Shown in pieces: positions 38,183 through 47,996 of a DNA stretch of 64,000 bases (positions are counted from its first letter, which is position 1; every line of letters begins with the position of its first letter). The notes under the pieces were generated by a model that had not been told where the DNA came from, did not search any database, and worked only from the letters and a program-made list of their open reading frames with translations. The stretch is from NCBI GenBank assembly GCA_964630525.1, contig CAZVUY010000004.1:11448-75447 (forward strand), in the 5' to 3' direction. This stretch comes from an uncultured Candidatus Saccharibacteria bacterium (GTDB lineage: Bacteria > Patescibacteriota > Minisyncoccia > Phycocordibacterales > WO2-35-19). The translations under genes were made by a program, and so were the position numbers.

Positions 38183-39624
38183 TTGTTATCAGATAATATT
38201 ATTTTAGGTTTTTTACCATTGATGCTTACTAATTTAGTTTCCGTTGGCTCAACAAGATTACTTTCATTATATTTTAGAAGTTTGATTACTGGTCGAGCTT
38301 TTTCTCCAATGGCTGAATATAGTTTGCTAAACTCTATGTTCTTTTCAACTAACTCATTTAAAATACGATCGGTGATTTTGGTAAGTATATTGGTAGATGG
38401 TTCTACTCCCTTGGCGAGTTCTAGTGAGATGTGAAGTTTTTGTACCATGTTATTTTTGGTATTTTTGTTATACGCACTAAAATTTCCACTCAATAATTTG
38501 TAGACACTTTTATTTTCTGTGGCCGCCCGAATTGTTTCAGGATATATATTTATTGCATAAAAAGTTACAGCTATATCCGCTCTACCACTTACTATAACGA
38601 ATGGTAGATTCCAGCCAGTATATTCTGAAAGAGATATTTTGTGATTTGTGTCAGCGAGATTTAGTTTTGATAAAATCTCCGATTTTTTATATAAAATCCC
38701 AGTATCGTGTATGTTATAACGTATTAAAGGAGAAAAAGTTGGAGCAGTTAAGATCAACTCCTCGTTTATTGTTTCAAAGTATATATATTCTGGGTGGTAT
38801 TGGAATATGGCTGGGATATTTTTTACTGTACCAAACAAATCTTCGCGAAGTTGATTATTATCAGCCACTCTTTTTCTTAAATAGATAGTAAGTGGTGTTT
38901 CGTGCCCTAGTATACCCGCATCGGCTGAACCGTAAATACTTATTAAATGATGGGAGGATTTCAAGCCAAATTCTTTTACTGCGCAGTCTCTCCATTCCTC
39001 AGTAAACTTATCTCCAGCAGTAATTATGAATTTTCTTTTATTTAAGATAGTTATTTTTTTCTTTTTACACTCATTAATTATATCCATAACAAAAGGTGGG
39101 TATCCTGCCAATATCACGGTATTGAAGTTTGGGGCCACTTCTCTTAGGGTGTTTAAAATATCATTCATTTCTACCCCCGGTGTAACGGTAGTCAGGTTGT
39201 ACCCTCTTCTTGACAGGTGGCGACATGAAGCAAGAGTATAATTACCAGCAACCCAAACACCCATGGCGAAACATACTATTACTAGAACACTCTCTTTTTT
39301 TGTTATTTCAAAAACATTCTTAAATATGTATTCATGAATTTGACCACCAATGATCTCTTGTTCATCACTTCTGGACCAGAAAGTGGGTTTACCAGACGAA
39401 CCAGAGCTTGCGTATATCATGGGAGGAAACTTTTTATTGGGAAATAGGTCAATAAAATTATTTTTATTAAAATAAGATTTTTTATCGGCAATCGGTAGTT
39501 GCTTAAATTCTTCGATTGAGGTTATTCTGTCTTTTTTAAAATTAAGGCTATTTACAAATTGCTTATAACACTTTATCTCGGACATAGCTTTATTTGACAA
39601 ACTTACGACATCTAAATTTTTCAT
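38179..39624 (-). other. Phenylacetate--CoA ligase (PaaK-like) adenylate-forming enzyme
   Basis: ASSGSSGKP P-loop, YGSADAG, LIRYNIHD, GRAD. Confidence 0.87.
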
Positions 39625-39638
39625 TGGATTTATTGGTA

Positions 39639-40763
39639 TTAGAAATTTTTTAAAAAAAACTTTAAATTTTTTTGTCTAGCCTTTTTATTTTGAAGAGAAT
39701 TATAGTCTAATGATATCTGCTTCTCTAAGTTTACAATGTATCTTCCAGAGAGTACTTTTTCTTTGTTTGCCATTTTACGAAGTACATATGCAATAGCCGA
39801 TCCCGCCATTGATGCAGTAGCGCCTAACTGAGGAACGGCGTTGATTGTTTTTCCAATTTTTAAAATAGAATCCCTCATACTTATAGGTAAATAGCTAGGA
39901 TTAACTATTTTGGTAGCAAGGGAAAGCCACTCCTTATAATCCATTTTACTAAAATCCTGATCCTCTATTTTATCTATCAAACCATGGAATAATTTCCTGT
40001 TTGGTTCAAGGTCGTATCTTTCTATATCTAGCACCAAACTGTCGCCATTATCAGTTGCCATAACTATTGGGATTTTCCTTGATCTGGCTATTAGGCGACA
40101 CTTTATTTTTAGTGCAATATCGTCCATTTCATCAATTAAGACATCTATCGCTGGTTTGTTACAAATAAATTTTTCTAGGTTAATTATATTTAGTCCCCTT
40201 TCCCATAATTCTACTTTGGCGTAAGGGTCTAGGTCGTATATGTTTCTAGCTGCAACTAATGTTTTTGGTGATCCGATATCTGAAATCTTTGCTTCAATTC
40301 GGTTTAAATTTGTAATATCTATAGTGTCAAAATCTGCTATTCTTATGTATTTAGGACCCCCACTTTGTATTAGGGTTGATATTATTTTTGAACCAACTGA
40401 TAACCCAGCTATACCGACTCTAAAATCCCTATATTTTTGTTGCTGAGTTTGGGTGATGATATCTCTATTTCTTGCTGTGCGAAGCTTAAAATAGATTTCT
40501 TCCGGAACAGTTTTGATTAGTGTATTTGACCACGGTAAATATATCCATTCTGGTTTTAATTTTCTCTGATTATTAACATATTGCTCTAATAGTTGCTTCG
40601 CTTTCTGATCCTGAGGTCGATATTTGGGATTTTCAATATAAAAAAGTTCTTTTATTGCTTTTAAGTAAATATCAACAAAAACCAGATCTCCTCTATTTTT
40701 TAGGAATTTTTTTAATGTTGACTCATTCTTTATGATCTTTGGTTTTTGGAACACCCTTTTCAT
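39639..40763 (-). CDS. ThiF/E1-like adenylyltransferase
   Basis: LRTARNR, GIAGLSVG, IADFDTIDITNLNRI, DIERYDLEP, PQLG. Confidence 0.88.
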   Translation of the reverse strand: MKRVFQKPKIIKNESTLKKFLKNRGDLVFVDIYLKAIKELFYIENPKYRPQDQKAKQLLEQYVNNQRKLKPEWIYLPWSNTLIKTVPEEIYFKLRTARNRDIITQTQQQKYRDFRVGIAGLSVGSKIISTLIQSGGPKYIRIADFDTIDITNLNRIEAKISDIGSPKTLVAARNIYDLDPYAKVELWERGLNIINLEKFICNKPAIDVLIDEMDDIALKIKCRLIARSRKIPIVMATDNGDSLVLDIERYDLEPNRKLFHGLIDKIEDQDFSKMDYKEWLSLATKIVNPSYLPISMRDSILKIGKTINAVPQLGATASMAGSAIAYVLRKMANKEKVLSGRYIVNLEKQISLDYNSLQNKKARQKNLKFFLKNF

Positions 40764-40842
40764 CTGTTCTGGCGGATCTATTCCTACACTTACTGATCTG
40801 GCTATTCTACAATAAATTCTTAAAAATTACTATCAAAGATTA

Positions 40843-42669
40843 TTACTCAAAATCTTGCTTTTGTTTTTGGTAAGCTAGGGCGTAGCGACCGCCAAGGTTT
40901 AAAAGTTCGGCATGTTTACCCTTCTCCACTACTTCCCCTTCATGCAAGACAATGATCTCGTCAGCTCGTTTGATGGTGGCAAAGTTGTGGGAAATCAAGA
41001 CAGCCGAAATGTCGTCGGGCAAATTTTCGATTTCATTGAAAATAATATTGGCTGATTCGGCATCGATCGAGGCAGTTGGTTCGTCCAGAATCAAAAACCT
41101 CTTTCCTTTATAAAAAGCGCGGGCAATCGCCAGCTTTTGGCGCTGACCTTTTGATGGTTCGATCCCACCAAATTCTACACCGATCATATGGTTGTATTTC
41201 TGATCGAGTTCTTCAATGAAGTCTCCAATCGTACTTTTCTTGGCAGACTCTTTGACATCGTCCAACCTTATTTTCTCAGATATATTACCGACAGCGATCG
41301 ACTCTTTGACCGTAAAATTGTAAGTAGTGAAATCTTGAAGTAGGACACCCAACTCTTGCCACCATTTTGCTAAATCAAGCTGCTTTAGGTCGACCCCACC
41401 CACCGTGATTTTGCCTTTGACTGGATCGTGGATACGTAAAAGTAGGCGAACCAAGGTCGATTTGCCAGCGGCGTTGTTGCCGACCAAGCCGATTTTTTGG
41501 CCGGGCTCTATGACGAAGGACACATTTTTTAAAGCCCATTTTTGTTGCCCAGGATATTTGAAGTAGACATTTTCAAAGACCACTCTTGGTGCTTGGTGCA
41601 GATCAAGCTTTTTAGGATTTTTTGGGTATTTAAGAGCTGGACTTTCGTCGAGAATACTAAAAATGTCTGTTACGTAAAGGTTTCTTTCCAAGATACGGGC
41701 GGTGTTGGAGAGCATGCTAGAAGTCCAGCCGCTTACTCGGTTTAAAGTATCAAAGGCAAACACGACTGTACCGATAGCTACTAGACCAGCGATAGCATCA
41801 TTGATAATGATCGCTGTACCTACAAAAAGGCCTGCAGCTGCAAATATACTGGCCGAAATTTTCATTATTGTTTTCCAATGTTCGGCACTAAGTTGTTCTT
41901 TTGTAAAACCGCTCAAAATTTGTTTGATATCTGACAAAAATTTTTCTCCCGTTTGGTAAAGTTTGCTATCGATAACTGATATTTTTTGCATAAAAAATCT
42001 TCTCAGATCTATATATCTGCGTTGCTCAGTACTATTTTTGGCCCAGATAGCCCAAATTCGGCCTCCGTGTTTGATATCAATCCAAAAATTAGGTATAGAA
42101 GTGACAAAAACTAGTAGAAACACTCGCCAATCGATGGTGGCTGCCGCGATCGACCCCACCACGATACCGCAGAAAATTTCTAAATTTTGGATTTGAGCAT
42201 CGACCACGTTGATGAATGGGTAGATACCATTGTTGAAAGCGCGTTGCAGCCTGTCTTGGAATTTTGGATCTTCATATTGAGCAATATCAAAGGAGCCGCG
42301 CTTTCTGAGGGTGATGAGTTCGAATAGGTCTTGCATTTTCAAAAATAGGTTTCGGTCAATAAAGGAAACAACATTTCTAATGACGGTAGGGATGGCGGTA
42401 AGGATGGCAAACCAAATAAGGGCTGGGTAGGCCACTGACACATCAGAAGTTTCCACTCCTTCTATTATTTTATCTATCAAGGTGCCCAGTGCTTTGGCTG
42501 AGAAAATGGGTACGATACCCATAATAATTGTCAATACTAAGATTGATGAAAATAGCCATGGCAGATGCCTAAAAAGAATGGCAAAAATTCGGCCAGTATT
42601 TCTAAATAAGGCTTTGAAATTTTCTATGCTTTTCTGTTGTTTTGCTAGATTTTCAGTATTTTGACTCAT
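40843..42669 (-). CDS. ABC exporter (fused TMD and NBD)
   Basis: TM N-terminal half; GNNAAGKST, signature variant PSKGQRQ, LDEPT. Confidence 0.92.
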   Translation of the reverse strand: MSQNTENLAKQQKSIENFKALFRNTGRIFAILFRHLPWLFSSILVLTIIMGIVPIFSAKALGTLIDKIIEGVETSDVSVAYPALIWFAILTAIPTVIRNVVSFIDRNLFLKMQDLFELITLRKRGSFDIAQYEDPKFQDRLQRAFNNGIYPFINVVDAQIQNLEIFCGIVVGSIAAATIDWRVFLLVFVTSIPNFWIDIKHGGRIWAIWAKNSTEQRRYIDLRRFFMQKISVIDSKLYQTGEKFLSDIKQILSGFTKEQLSAEHWKTIMKISASIFAAAGLFVGTAIIINDAIAGLVAIGTVVFAFDTLNRVSGWTSSMLSNTARILERNLYVTDIFSILDESPALKYPKNPKKLDLHQAPRVVFENVYFKYPGQQKWALKNVSFVIEPGQKIGLVGNNAAGKSTLVRLLLRIHDPVKGKITVGGVDLKQLDLAKWWQELGVLLQDFTTYNFTVKESIAVGNISEKIRLDDVKESAKKSTIGDFIEELDQKYNHMIGVEFGGIEPSKGQRQKLAIARAFYKGKRFLILDEPTASIDAESANIIFNEIENLPDDISAVLISHNFATIKRADEIIVLHEGEVVEKGKHAELLNLGGRYALAYQKQKQDFE

Positions 42670-44075
42670 CCGAATATTTTACTCTTGTTTATATTGTCCC
42701 GCAATTTGCGGTGGAAGGAGAGAGCGAAGCGATGCGCCTCGGAGTTTGCGAGGAGGATTTGTTTTTCTAATTCCTTTATTTTCAATTTTAAATTTTTAAA
42801 TTTTTCGATATTCAATATTTGTTTTGGTCTATGTTTCTCATCTTTGGTTACCGCCACTATTTTTATATCTTCCAATCTTTCGACCTGTCCCGTTGATCCA
42901 AGGCGGACCTGTAAATTTTTTAATGTGCTTTCTGTAACATTGAGCTGAGCCACTCCCCCATCTACCACTATCAAGTCCGGAAAAGCCCATTCTGGGTGTT
43001 TGAACCTGCGCTCCAATATTTCACTCAGAGCTTTTGTATCGTTTGCATTTTTTTGACCTTTGATTTTGAACATTCGATATTTTGCTTTATTTGGCCCGCC
43101 ATTTTCAATGTTGACCATGACTCCGACCATGTTGCTGCCAGAAATATGAGCTACATCGTAAGCTTCGATAGAAAAAGCTGGAGACTGAGGACTGAAAGCT
43201 TGGAGGTCGGTTTCTATTAAAGCTACATCTTGAATGTGTTTTAAGGCAAACACTTTTTTCTTGATCTCGGCTGCTTTTTCAAATTCTCTTTTTTGGGCCA
43301 GCACTTTCATTTCTTTTTCTAAATCGCGAATCAATTTTTTCTTGTTGCCTTCAAAAAAAGTTTTGATGTGCTTGATCGTTTTCGCGTATTCTTGTTTACT
43401 GATCGCACCGATGCAGATGCCCGGACAGATGCCAAGTTGATAATTGAAGCATGGAAGACCCCTCTCCGCTCTGGGGGTACATTTATCTCTAAATGGGAAA
43501 ATTTTGCGAATAATTTTCAGAGCTTCTTTCAGATTATTTCCGTGGGGAAAAGGTCCAAAGGCTTCTGAAATTATTGAATTATCCGAGCCGTCTTCCTGAG
43601 AAAACCCTCGGGAGGAGCGACGGCGACGGACGGAGGAAATTTTTAGCAGAAAATTTCCGTGGTTTTCGATGGATGCGGCGACAGATAATTTAGTCATATC
43701 TCTTTCTCGCATCACCAAAACTCTTGGAAATTCTTCGTCAGTGATTACGACATAATTGAAGCTTTTTTGGTCTTTATCAGCGCTATTGTAAGGGGGCATC
43801 CATTTTTTTATCAACCTTGATTCTAAAATCAAAGCCTCCAATACCGAGTCGGTCTTTTCAAAATTCAAGTCGACTGCTTCTGCTACCATCTTGGCAATCA
43901 GGGGACTTCTTTTTTCGGCAATATTCGTACCAAAATAACTGCGCACTCTGTTTTTGAGCGAAGTAGCTTTGCCAATGTACAAAATCTCCTTCTTGGATCC
44001 GAGGAAGAGGTAAACTCCGGGGCCGTCTGGGAGTTTGGCAATTTTTGTTTTTAGGCTTTCTTGAGCTTTGGTCAT
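42666..44075 (-). CDS. uvrC: UvrC-like excinuclease (GIY-YIG, UVR, RNase H-like; no evident C-terminal HhH) with an in-frame hairpin insertion
   Basis: PGVYLF..YIGKA, EALILE, FEKAAEI, EAYDVAH, VVDGG, EAHRFA. Confidence 0.85.
   Translation of the reverse strand: MTKAQESLKTKIAKLPDGPGVYLFLGSKKEILYIGKATSLKNRVRSYFGTNIAEKRSPLIAKMVAEAVDLNFEKTDSVLEALILESRLIKKWMPPYNSADKDQKSFNYVVITDEEFPRVLVMRERDMTKLSVAASIENHGNFLLKISSVRRRRSSRGFSQEDGSDNSIISEAFGPFPHGNNLKEALKIIRKIFPFRDKCTPRAERGLPCFNYQLGICPGICIGAISKQEYAKTIKHIKTFFEGNKKKLIRDLEKEMKVLAQKREFEKAAEIKKKVFALKHIQDVALIETDLQAFSPQSPAFSIEAYDVAHISGSNMVGVMVNIENGGPNKAKYRMFKIKGQKNANDTKALSEILERRFKHPEWAFPDLIVVDGGVAQLNVTESTLKNLQVRLGSTGQVERLEDIKIVAVTKDEKHRPKQILNIEKFKNLKLKIKELEKQILLANSEAHRFALSFHRKLRDNINKSKIFG
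43577..43690. repeat. Hairpin element with AGCAGAAAA core, in frame within uvrC
   Basis: Core ggaggaaatttttagcagaaaatttccgtg; outer arms aattatc..gaaaacc and ggttttc..gataatt. Confidence 0.7.
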
Positions 44076-44098
44076 AAATCGCTTATAATCTACAACAT

Positions 44099-45394
44099 AT
44101 GTTTGGAATCGGCAAAAACAAATTATCGACTGAGAGCTACAAAGGGGTGAGAGATTTTTATCCGGAAGATCAAGATATCCAGAACTACATTTTCAATATT
44201 ATGCGCTCAGTAGTCGAATCTTGGGGTTATGTTGAATACGGCGCCTCTATTTTAGAGCCCCTGGAGCTTTACAAATCCAAAACAAGCGAAGAAATAGTCA
44301 ACGAACAGATATATTCCTTTGTCGACCGAGGCGGCCGCGAAGTGGCTCTACGGCCGGAGATGACTCCGACCGTTGCCCGTATGATCGCTGGCAAAATCCA
44401 AGAACTCCCCTCGCCTATCCGTTGGTATTCGATACCAAATCTTTTTCGTTATGAGAAGCCACAGCGTGGCAGGCTACGTGAACATTGGCAGCTCAATGTC
44501 GACCTTTTTGGAGTAGCCGGACCTTTTGCGGATGCAGAAGTGGTCAATGTGGCGAGCGACATTATGTCCGCCTTCGGCGCGAAAGCGGCTGATTTTCAAA
44601 TCAAAATCAGTAGCCGCAGTTTACTCGATGAGATTTTGACAAAAATCAAAATAGACGATGAAAAGAAACAATTTGTCTATCGCCTTCTCGACAAGAAAGA
44701 CAAAATGGAACAGGCCAAGTTTAAACAATCGATGGTTGCCTTGATTGGCGAAGATAAGGCCAAAGATTTGCTGGAAACTCTTTACTTTGGTGAAGGAGTA
44801 CTTACGATGCTGGGCGGCAGCGAAACTGCCAAATATCTAAATCAAACCATCAACACTCTGAGAGGTCGTGGGATTAAAAATATTGTATTCGACCCTACTT
44901 TAACGCGAGGTTTTGACTATTATACCGGGGTGGTGTTTGAGGTTTTCGATACCAACAAAGAAAATCCAAGATCAATTTTCGGTGGTGGCCGGTATGACGA
45001 TCTGGCCAATAACTTTGTGAACAGTTCGATACCTGCTGCTGGTTTTGGTATGGGAGATGTGACCACTCGCGACTTCCTGACTACCCATGACCTCTTGCCC
45101 AAATTATCACCCAAGACCGATCTTTATATTTGTGTAGCACCAGAAACTGAATTGGAGACGGTGTATGATTTGGCGCGACAATTGAGAGAAGGTGGAGTCC
45201 GAGTAGCTGTCGATATTTCTGGTAGGAAACTTTCTGACCAACTAAAAAGTCTTGATAAAAGGAAGATCCCTTTTGTTTTGACAGTCGGTCCGGAAGAATT
45301 GAAAAATCAAAAGTTTGTAATTAGAAATACTGAAACAAGAGAAGAAAAAAGTGGCACTATTGAAGAGGTTTTAGGTGTTATAAAAAATATTTGA
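44099..45394 (+). CDS. hisS: Histidine--tRNA ligase
   Basis: LRPEMTP, RYEKPQRGRLREH, RGFDYYTG, GGGRYD. Confidence 0.97.
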   Translation: MFGIGKNKLSTESYKGVRDFYPEDQDIQNYIFNIMRSVVESWGYVEYGASILEPLELYKSKTSEEIVNEQIYSFVDRGGREVALRPEMTPTVARMIAGKIQELPSPIRWYSIPNLFRYEKPQRGRLREHWQLNVDLFGVAGPFADAEVVNVASDIMSAFGAKAADFQIKISSRSLLDEILTKIKIDDEKKQFVYRLLDKKDKMEQAKFKQSMVALIGEDKAKDLLETLYFGEGVLTMLGGSETAKYLNQTINTLRGRGIKNIVFDPTLTRGFDYYTGVVFEVFDTNKENPRSIFGGGRYDDLANNFVNSSIPAAGFGMGDVTTRDFLTTHDLLPKLSPKTDLYICVAPETELETVYDLARQLREGGVRVAVDISGRKLSDQLKSLDKRKIPFVLTVGPEELKNQKFVIRNTETREEKSGTIEEVLGVIKNI

Positions 45395-45485
45395 TAAAAT
45401 GCCTTGCGAGGCTTGACTGAAGCGAGCACGAGCAAATTTTCAGCAGAAAATTATCGTGCATTTTAGCGAATATTTTTTAGAACAC
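45375..45485 (+). repeat. Hairpin element with conserved core, copy A
   Basis: Core 45400-45460; first 33 nt identical to the reverse complement of copy B; own outer stem. Confidence 0.85.
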
Positions 45486-45499
45486 TGGTTTTATAAATT

Positions 45500-46078
45500 A
45501 TGAAAAAAGTAGTATTTGATATAGAAACTAGCAATATTTTTCAGGAAGTTGGATCGAACAATCCGGCTGATTTGTCGATCTCGGTGGTCGGACTTTATGA
45601 CTACTCTACCGACTCCTACCAAACTTTTTTGGTAGAAGAGTTTGGTAGTCTCTGGCCGATTTTAGAAAATGCCGATATGCTGATCACCTTCAACGGCGAC
45701 CACTTCGATATCCCTCTACTCGACAAATATTATTCGGGCAGTTTGTTTAAAATAAAAAGTTTGGATATTTTGAAAGAAATGCAAAAGAGTGCTGGTCGGA
45801 GGATGAAGCTCGACCAGATCGCCGAAGGGACTTTGGGTATTAACAAGAGTGGTCACGGGCTTGATGCTATAAAATGGTGGCGGGAGGGTGAAGTGGAGAA
45901 AGTAAAGAAATATTGTTTGGATGATGTGAAGATTACCAAAGATATTTATGAATACGCGCTTCAAAATGGCAAATTGATTTTCAAAGAAGGACCCAATCTC
46001 AATACCGTCAAACTTGATACCACTGATTGGGAAAAATTGCCCGAAGCTGCCGCTCTCAATTTCACCTTGCCGTTTTAA
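45500..46078 (+). CDS. RNase H-like (YprB/DEDD-type) domain protein
   Basis: VFDIET, FNGDHFDIP, YCLDDVKIT. Confidence 0.85.
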   Translation: MKKVVFDIETSNIFQEVGSNNPADLSISVVGLYDYSTDSYQTFLVEEFGSLWPILENADMLITFNGDHFDIPLLDKYYSGSLFKIKSLDILKEMQKSAGRRMKLDQIAEGTLGINKSGHGLDAIKWWREGEVEKVKKYCLDDVKITKDIYEYALQNGKLIFKEGPNLNTVKLDTTDWEKLPEAAALNFTLPF

Positions 46079-46085
46079 TATTTCC

Positions 46086-46190
46086 TAATCTCCTCCCGAC
46101 CTCCTCTTTACCTTAAAGAGGAGGTGACTCCTATTCGAGTTTTGTAGTTTGGCTCCCCTCTTTAAAATAAAGAGGGGTTAGGGGAGATTA
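46086..46190. repeat. Double-hairpin intergenic repeat, copy 2
   Basis: taatctcc..cctcctcttta-cct-taaagaggagg..cccctcttta-aaa-taaagagggg..ggagatta. Confidence 0.75.
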
Positions 46191-46213
46191 TATTGGAACA
46201 GATCAGAGGAAGA

Positions 46214-46999
46214 TTAGAACATAAAAATAATTACCCCAGCGAGGAGGAGGCGGTAGATGATGAAAGGAGTAAATGAGTGGTGGGAGAGGTATTTAATTAA
46301 AAATTTGACTGACCAAATGCCAGAGACGAGGGCGGCAGCGAAAGCAACAAATAATTGAATATTTAGAAATTGACTAGTCAATAAATCAGTACTGCCGATA
46401 TCGAGCAAAACTTTTAATAAAGCGCCGAGTGAAATGGGAATTAGAAGAAGGAAAGAAAATCTAATCGCCTCTTCTCTCGAAAGTCCGGAGAGGATACCGC
46501 CGGAAATGGAAATACCAGAACGAGAGATACCTGGGATGAGGGCCAAGGTTTGAAAGAGACCCACCACCAATCCTCTCCCAACATTCAGACCATTTTTCCT
46601 TTGCCATCGATCGGCCGCGAACATCACAATACTGCCAAAGATAAGACTCAGAGCGACCACCTTGCCGCCCCGCAAAGCATTTTCGATAATGTCTCCATAC
46701 AGGAAGCCGACTAGCCCAGCAGGAATGGTACCGACAATAAGGGCACAGATCAGGGTTTTGTTTCTACTAGAAAACCCATTGCTCAAGAGGTCTCTTAGGA
46801 TTGATTTTAATTCACCAAAGAAACAGAAAATAACGGCGAGCAAGGTGGCGGTGTTTAGAAAAATATCGAAAGCCAAACTGCCCTCAAGAGGAATATTTAA
46901 AAATTCTCTAAACAAAATCAGGTGGCCAGAAGAAGAGACAGGCAAAAATTCGGTTAGTCCTTGGATAAGGCCGAGCAAAACAGATTCAAGTATGTTCAT
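46214..46999 (-). CDS. uppP: Undecaprenyl-diphosphate phosphatase
   Basis: QGLTEFLPVSSSGH, PGISRSG, YRL. Confidence 0.96.
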   Translation of the reverse strand: MNILESVLLGLIQGLTEFLPVSSSGHLILFREFLNIPLEGSLAFDIFLNTATLLAVIFCFFGELKSILRDLLSNGFSSRNKTLICALIVGTIPAGLVGFLYGDIIENALRGGKVVALSLIFGSIVMFAADRWQRKNGLNVGRGLVVGLFQTLALIPGISRSGISISGGILSGLSREEAIRFSFLLLIPISLGALLKVLLDIGSTDLLTSQFLNIQLFVAFAAALVSGIWSVKFLIKYLSHHSFTPFIIYRLLLAGVIIFMF

Positions 47000-47016
47000 T
47001 TTAATTTATGTTTAGA

Positions 47017-47128
47017 GTTTGTATAAATAGCTTCTTTCGCTTTGCACGGATATTTTTCTGCTGAAAAATTCCTCGTGCTCGCTTCAGTCAAGCCTCGCAA
47101 GGCACGCTCAAGAACTATTTATACAAAC
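47017..47128 (-). repeat. Hairpin element with conserved core, copy B
   Basis: Core 47043-47104; outer stem gtttgtataaatag / ctatttatacaaac. Confidence 0.85.
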
Positions 47129-47154
47129 ATTACTTTTTTGTTATAATTACCACC

Positions 47155-47877
47155 ATGAATGATACCGTATCCAAATCAGAAAAACTAATGTTGCCAGTGT
47201 CGATCATCATCGCCGGCCTTTTGATCGGTGGCGGGGTCTACTTGAATGGTCGCTTGGCTAAAGACGCTCCTTCCCCAGCTAGCAACCAGCAGGCTATCTC
47301 TACTGATTTGGCTGGTACGCTCCGCGAGATCGATGCCAATGATCATGTACTTGGCAGTGCCGACGCGCGGGTGATCATCGTCGAATATTCTGATACCGAG
47401 TGTCCGTTTTGCAAAATTTTCCATTCCGCCATGCTCTCGATCATGCAAGACTATGGCAAAGACGGCCAAGTGGCTTGGGTTTATCGCCACTTCCCAATGG
47501 TTGATATTCATTCCCGCGCTTTCAAAGAAGCCGAAGCGCTAGAGTGCGCGGGCGAGCTCGGGGGCAACAGCAAGTTTTGGGAGTACACCAACAAAGTCTA
47601 CGAAGTCACCCCTTCCAACAACGAGCTTGATCCGGCCGAACTTATAAATATTGCGACAAGTGTCGGCCTCTCCTCGACCGCCTTTAAAAATTGTTTGGAC
47701 AGCGGGCAATATGCACCCCGGGTCAATGCTGATATTGAAAACGCTCGAGAAATCGGCGCCGAAGGCACTCCATACAGCATCCTGATCGACACTAAAACCG
47801 GCGACCACTACCCTCTCGAAGGCGCTTATCCTTACGCCCAACTAAAGCAGGTGATTGACCTTATTCTTCAGAGCTAG
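47155..47877 (+). CDS. DsbA-family thiol-disulfide oxidoreductase
   Basis: N-terminal TM; EYSDTECPFC, YRHFP, GTP. Confidence 0.93.
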   Translation: MNDTVSKSEKLMLPVSIIIAGLLIGGGVYLNGRLAKDAPSPASNQQAISTDLAGTLREIDANDHVLGSADARVIIVEYSDTECPFCKIFHSAMLSIMQDYGKDGQVAWVYRHFPMVDIHSRAFKEAEALECAGELGGNSKFWEYTNKVYEVTPSNNELDPAELINIATSVGLSSTAFKNCLDSGQYAPRVNADIENAREIGAEGTPYSILIDTKTGDHYPLEGAYPYAQLKQVIDLILQS

Positions 47878-47996
47878 GTTGACTAAAATCGTAAAATGTA
47901 GTTCCATATAAATGTCAGAAAGCTAAGGTTTTCTGGCTACTCGTAAACTATGCCCTAAGGGGGAGTCCAAGAGTAATTCTTTGACAGGAGAAAAGT

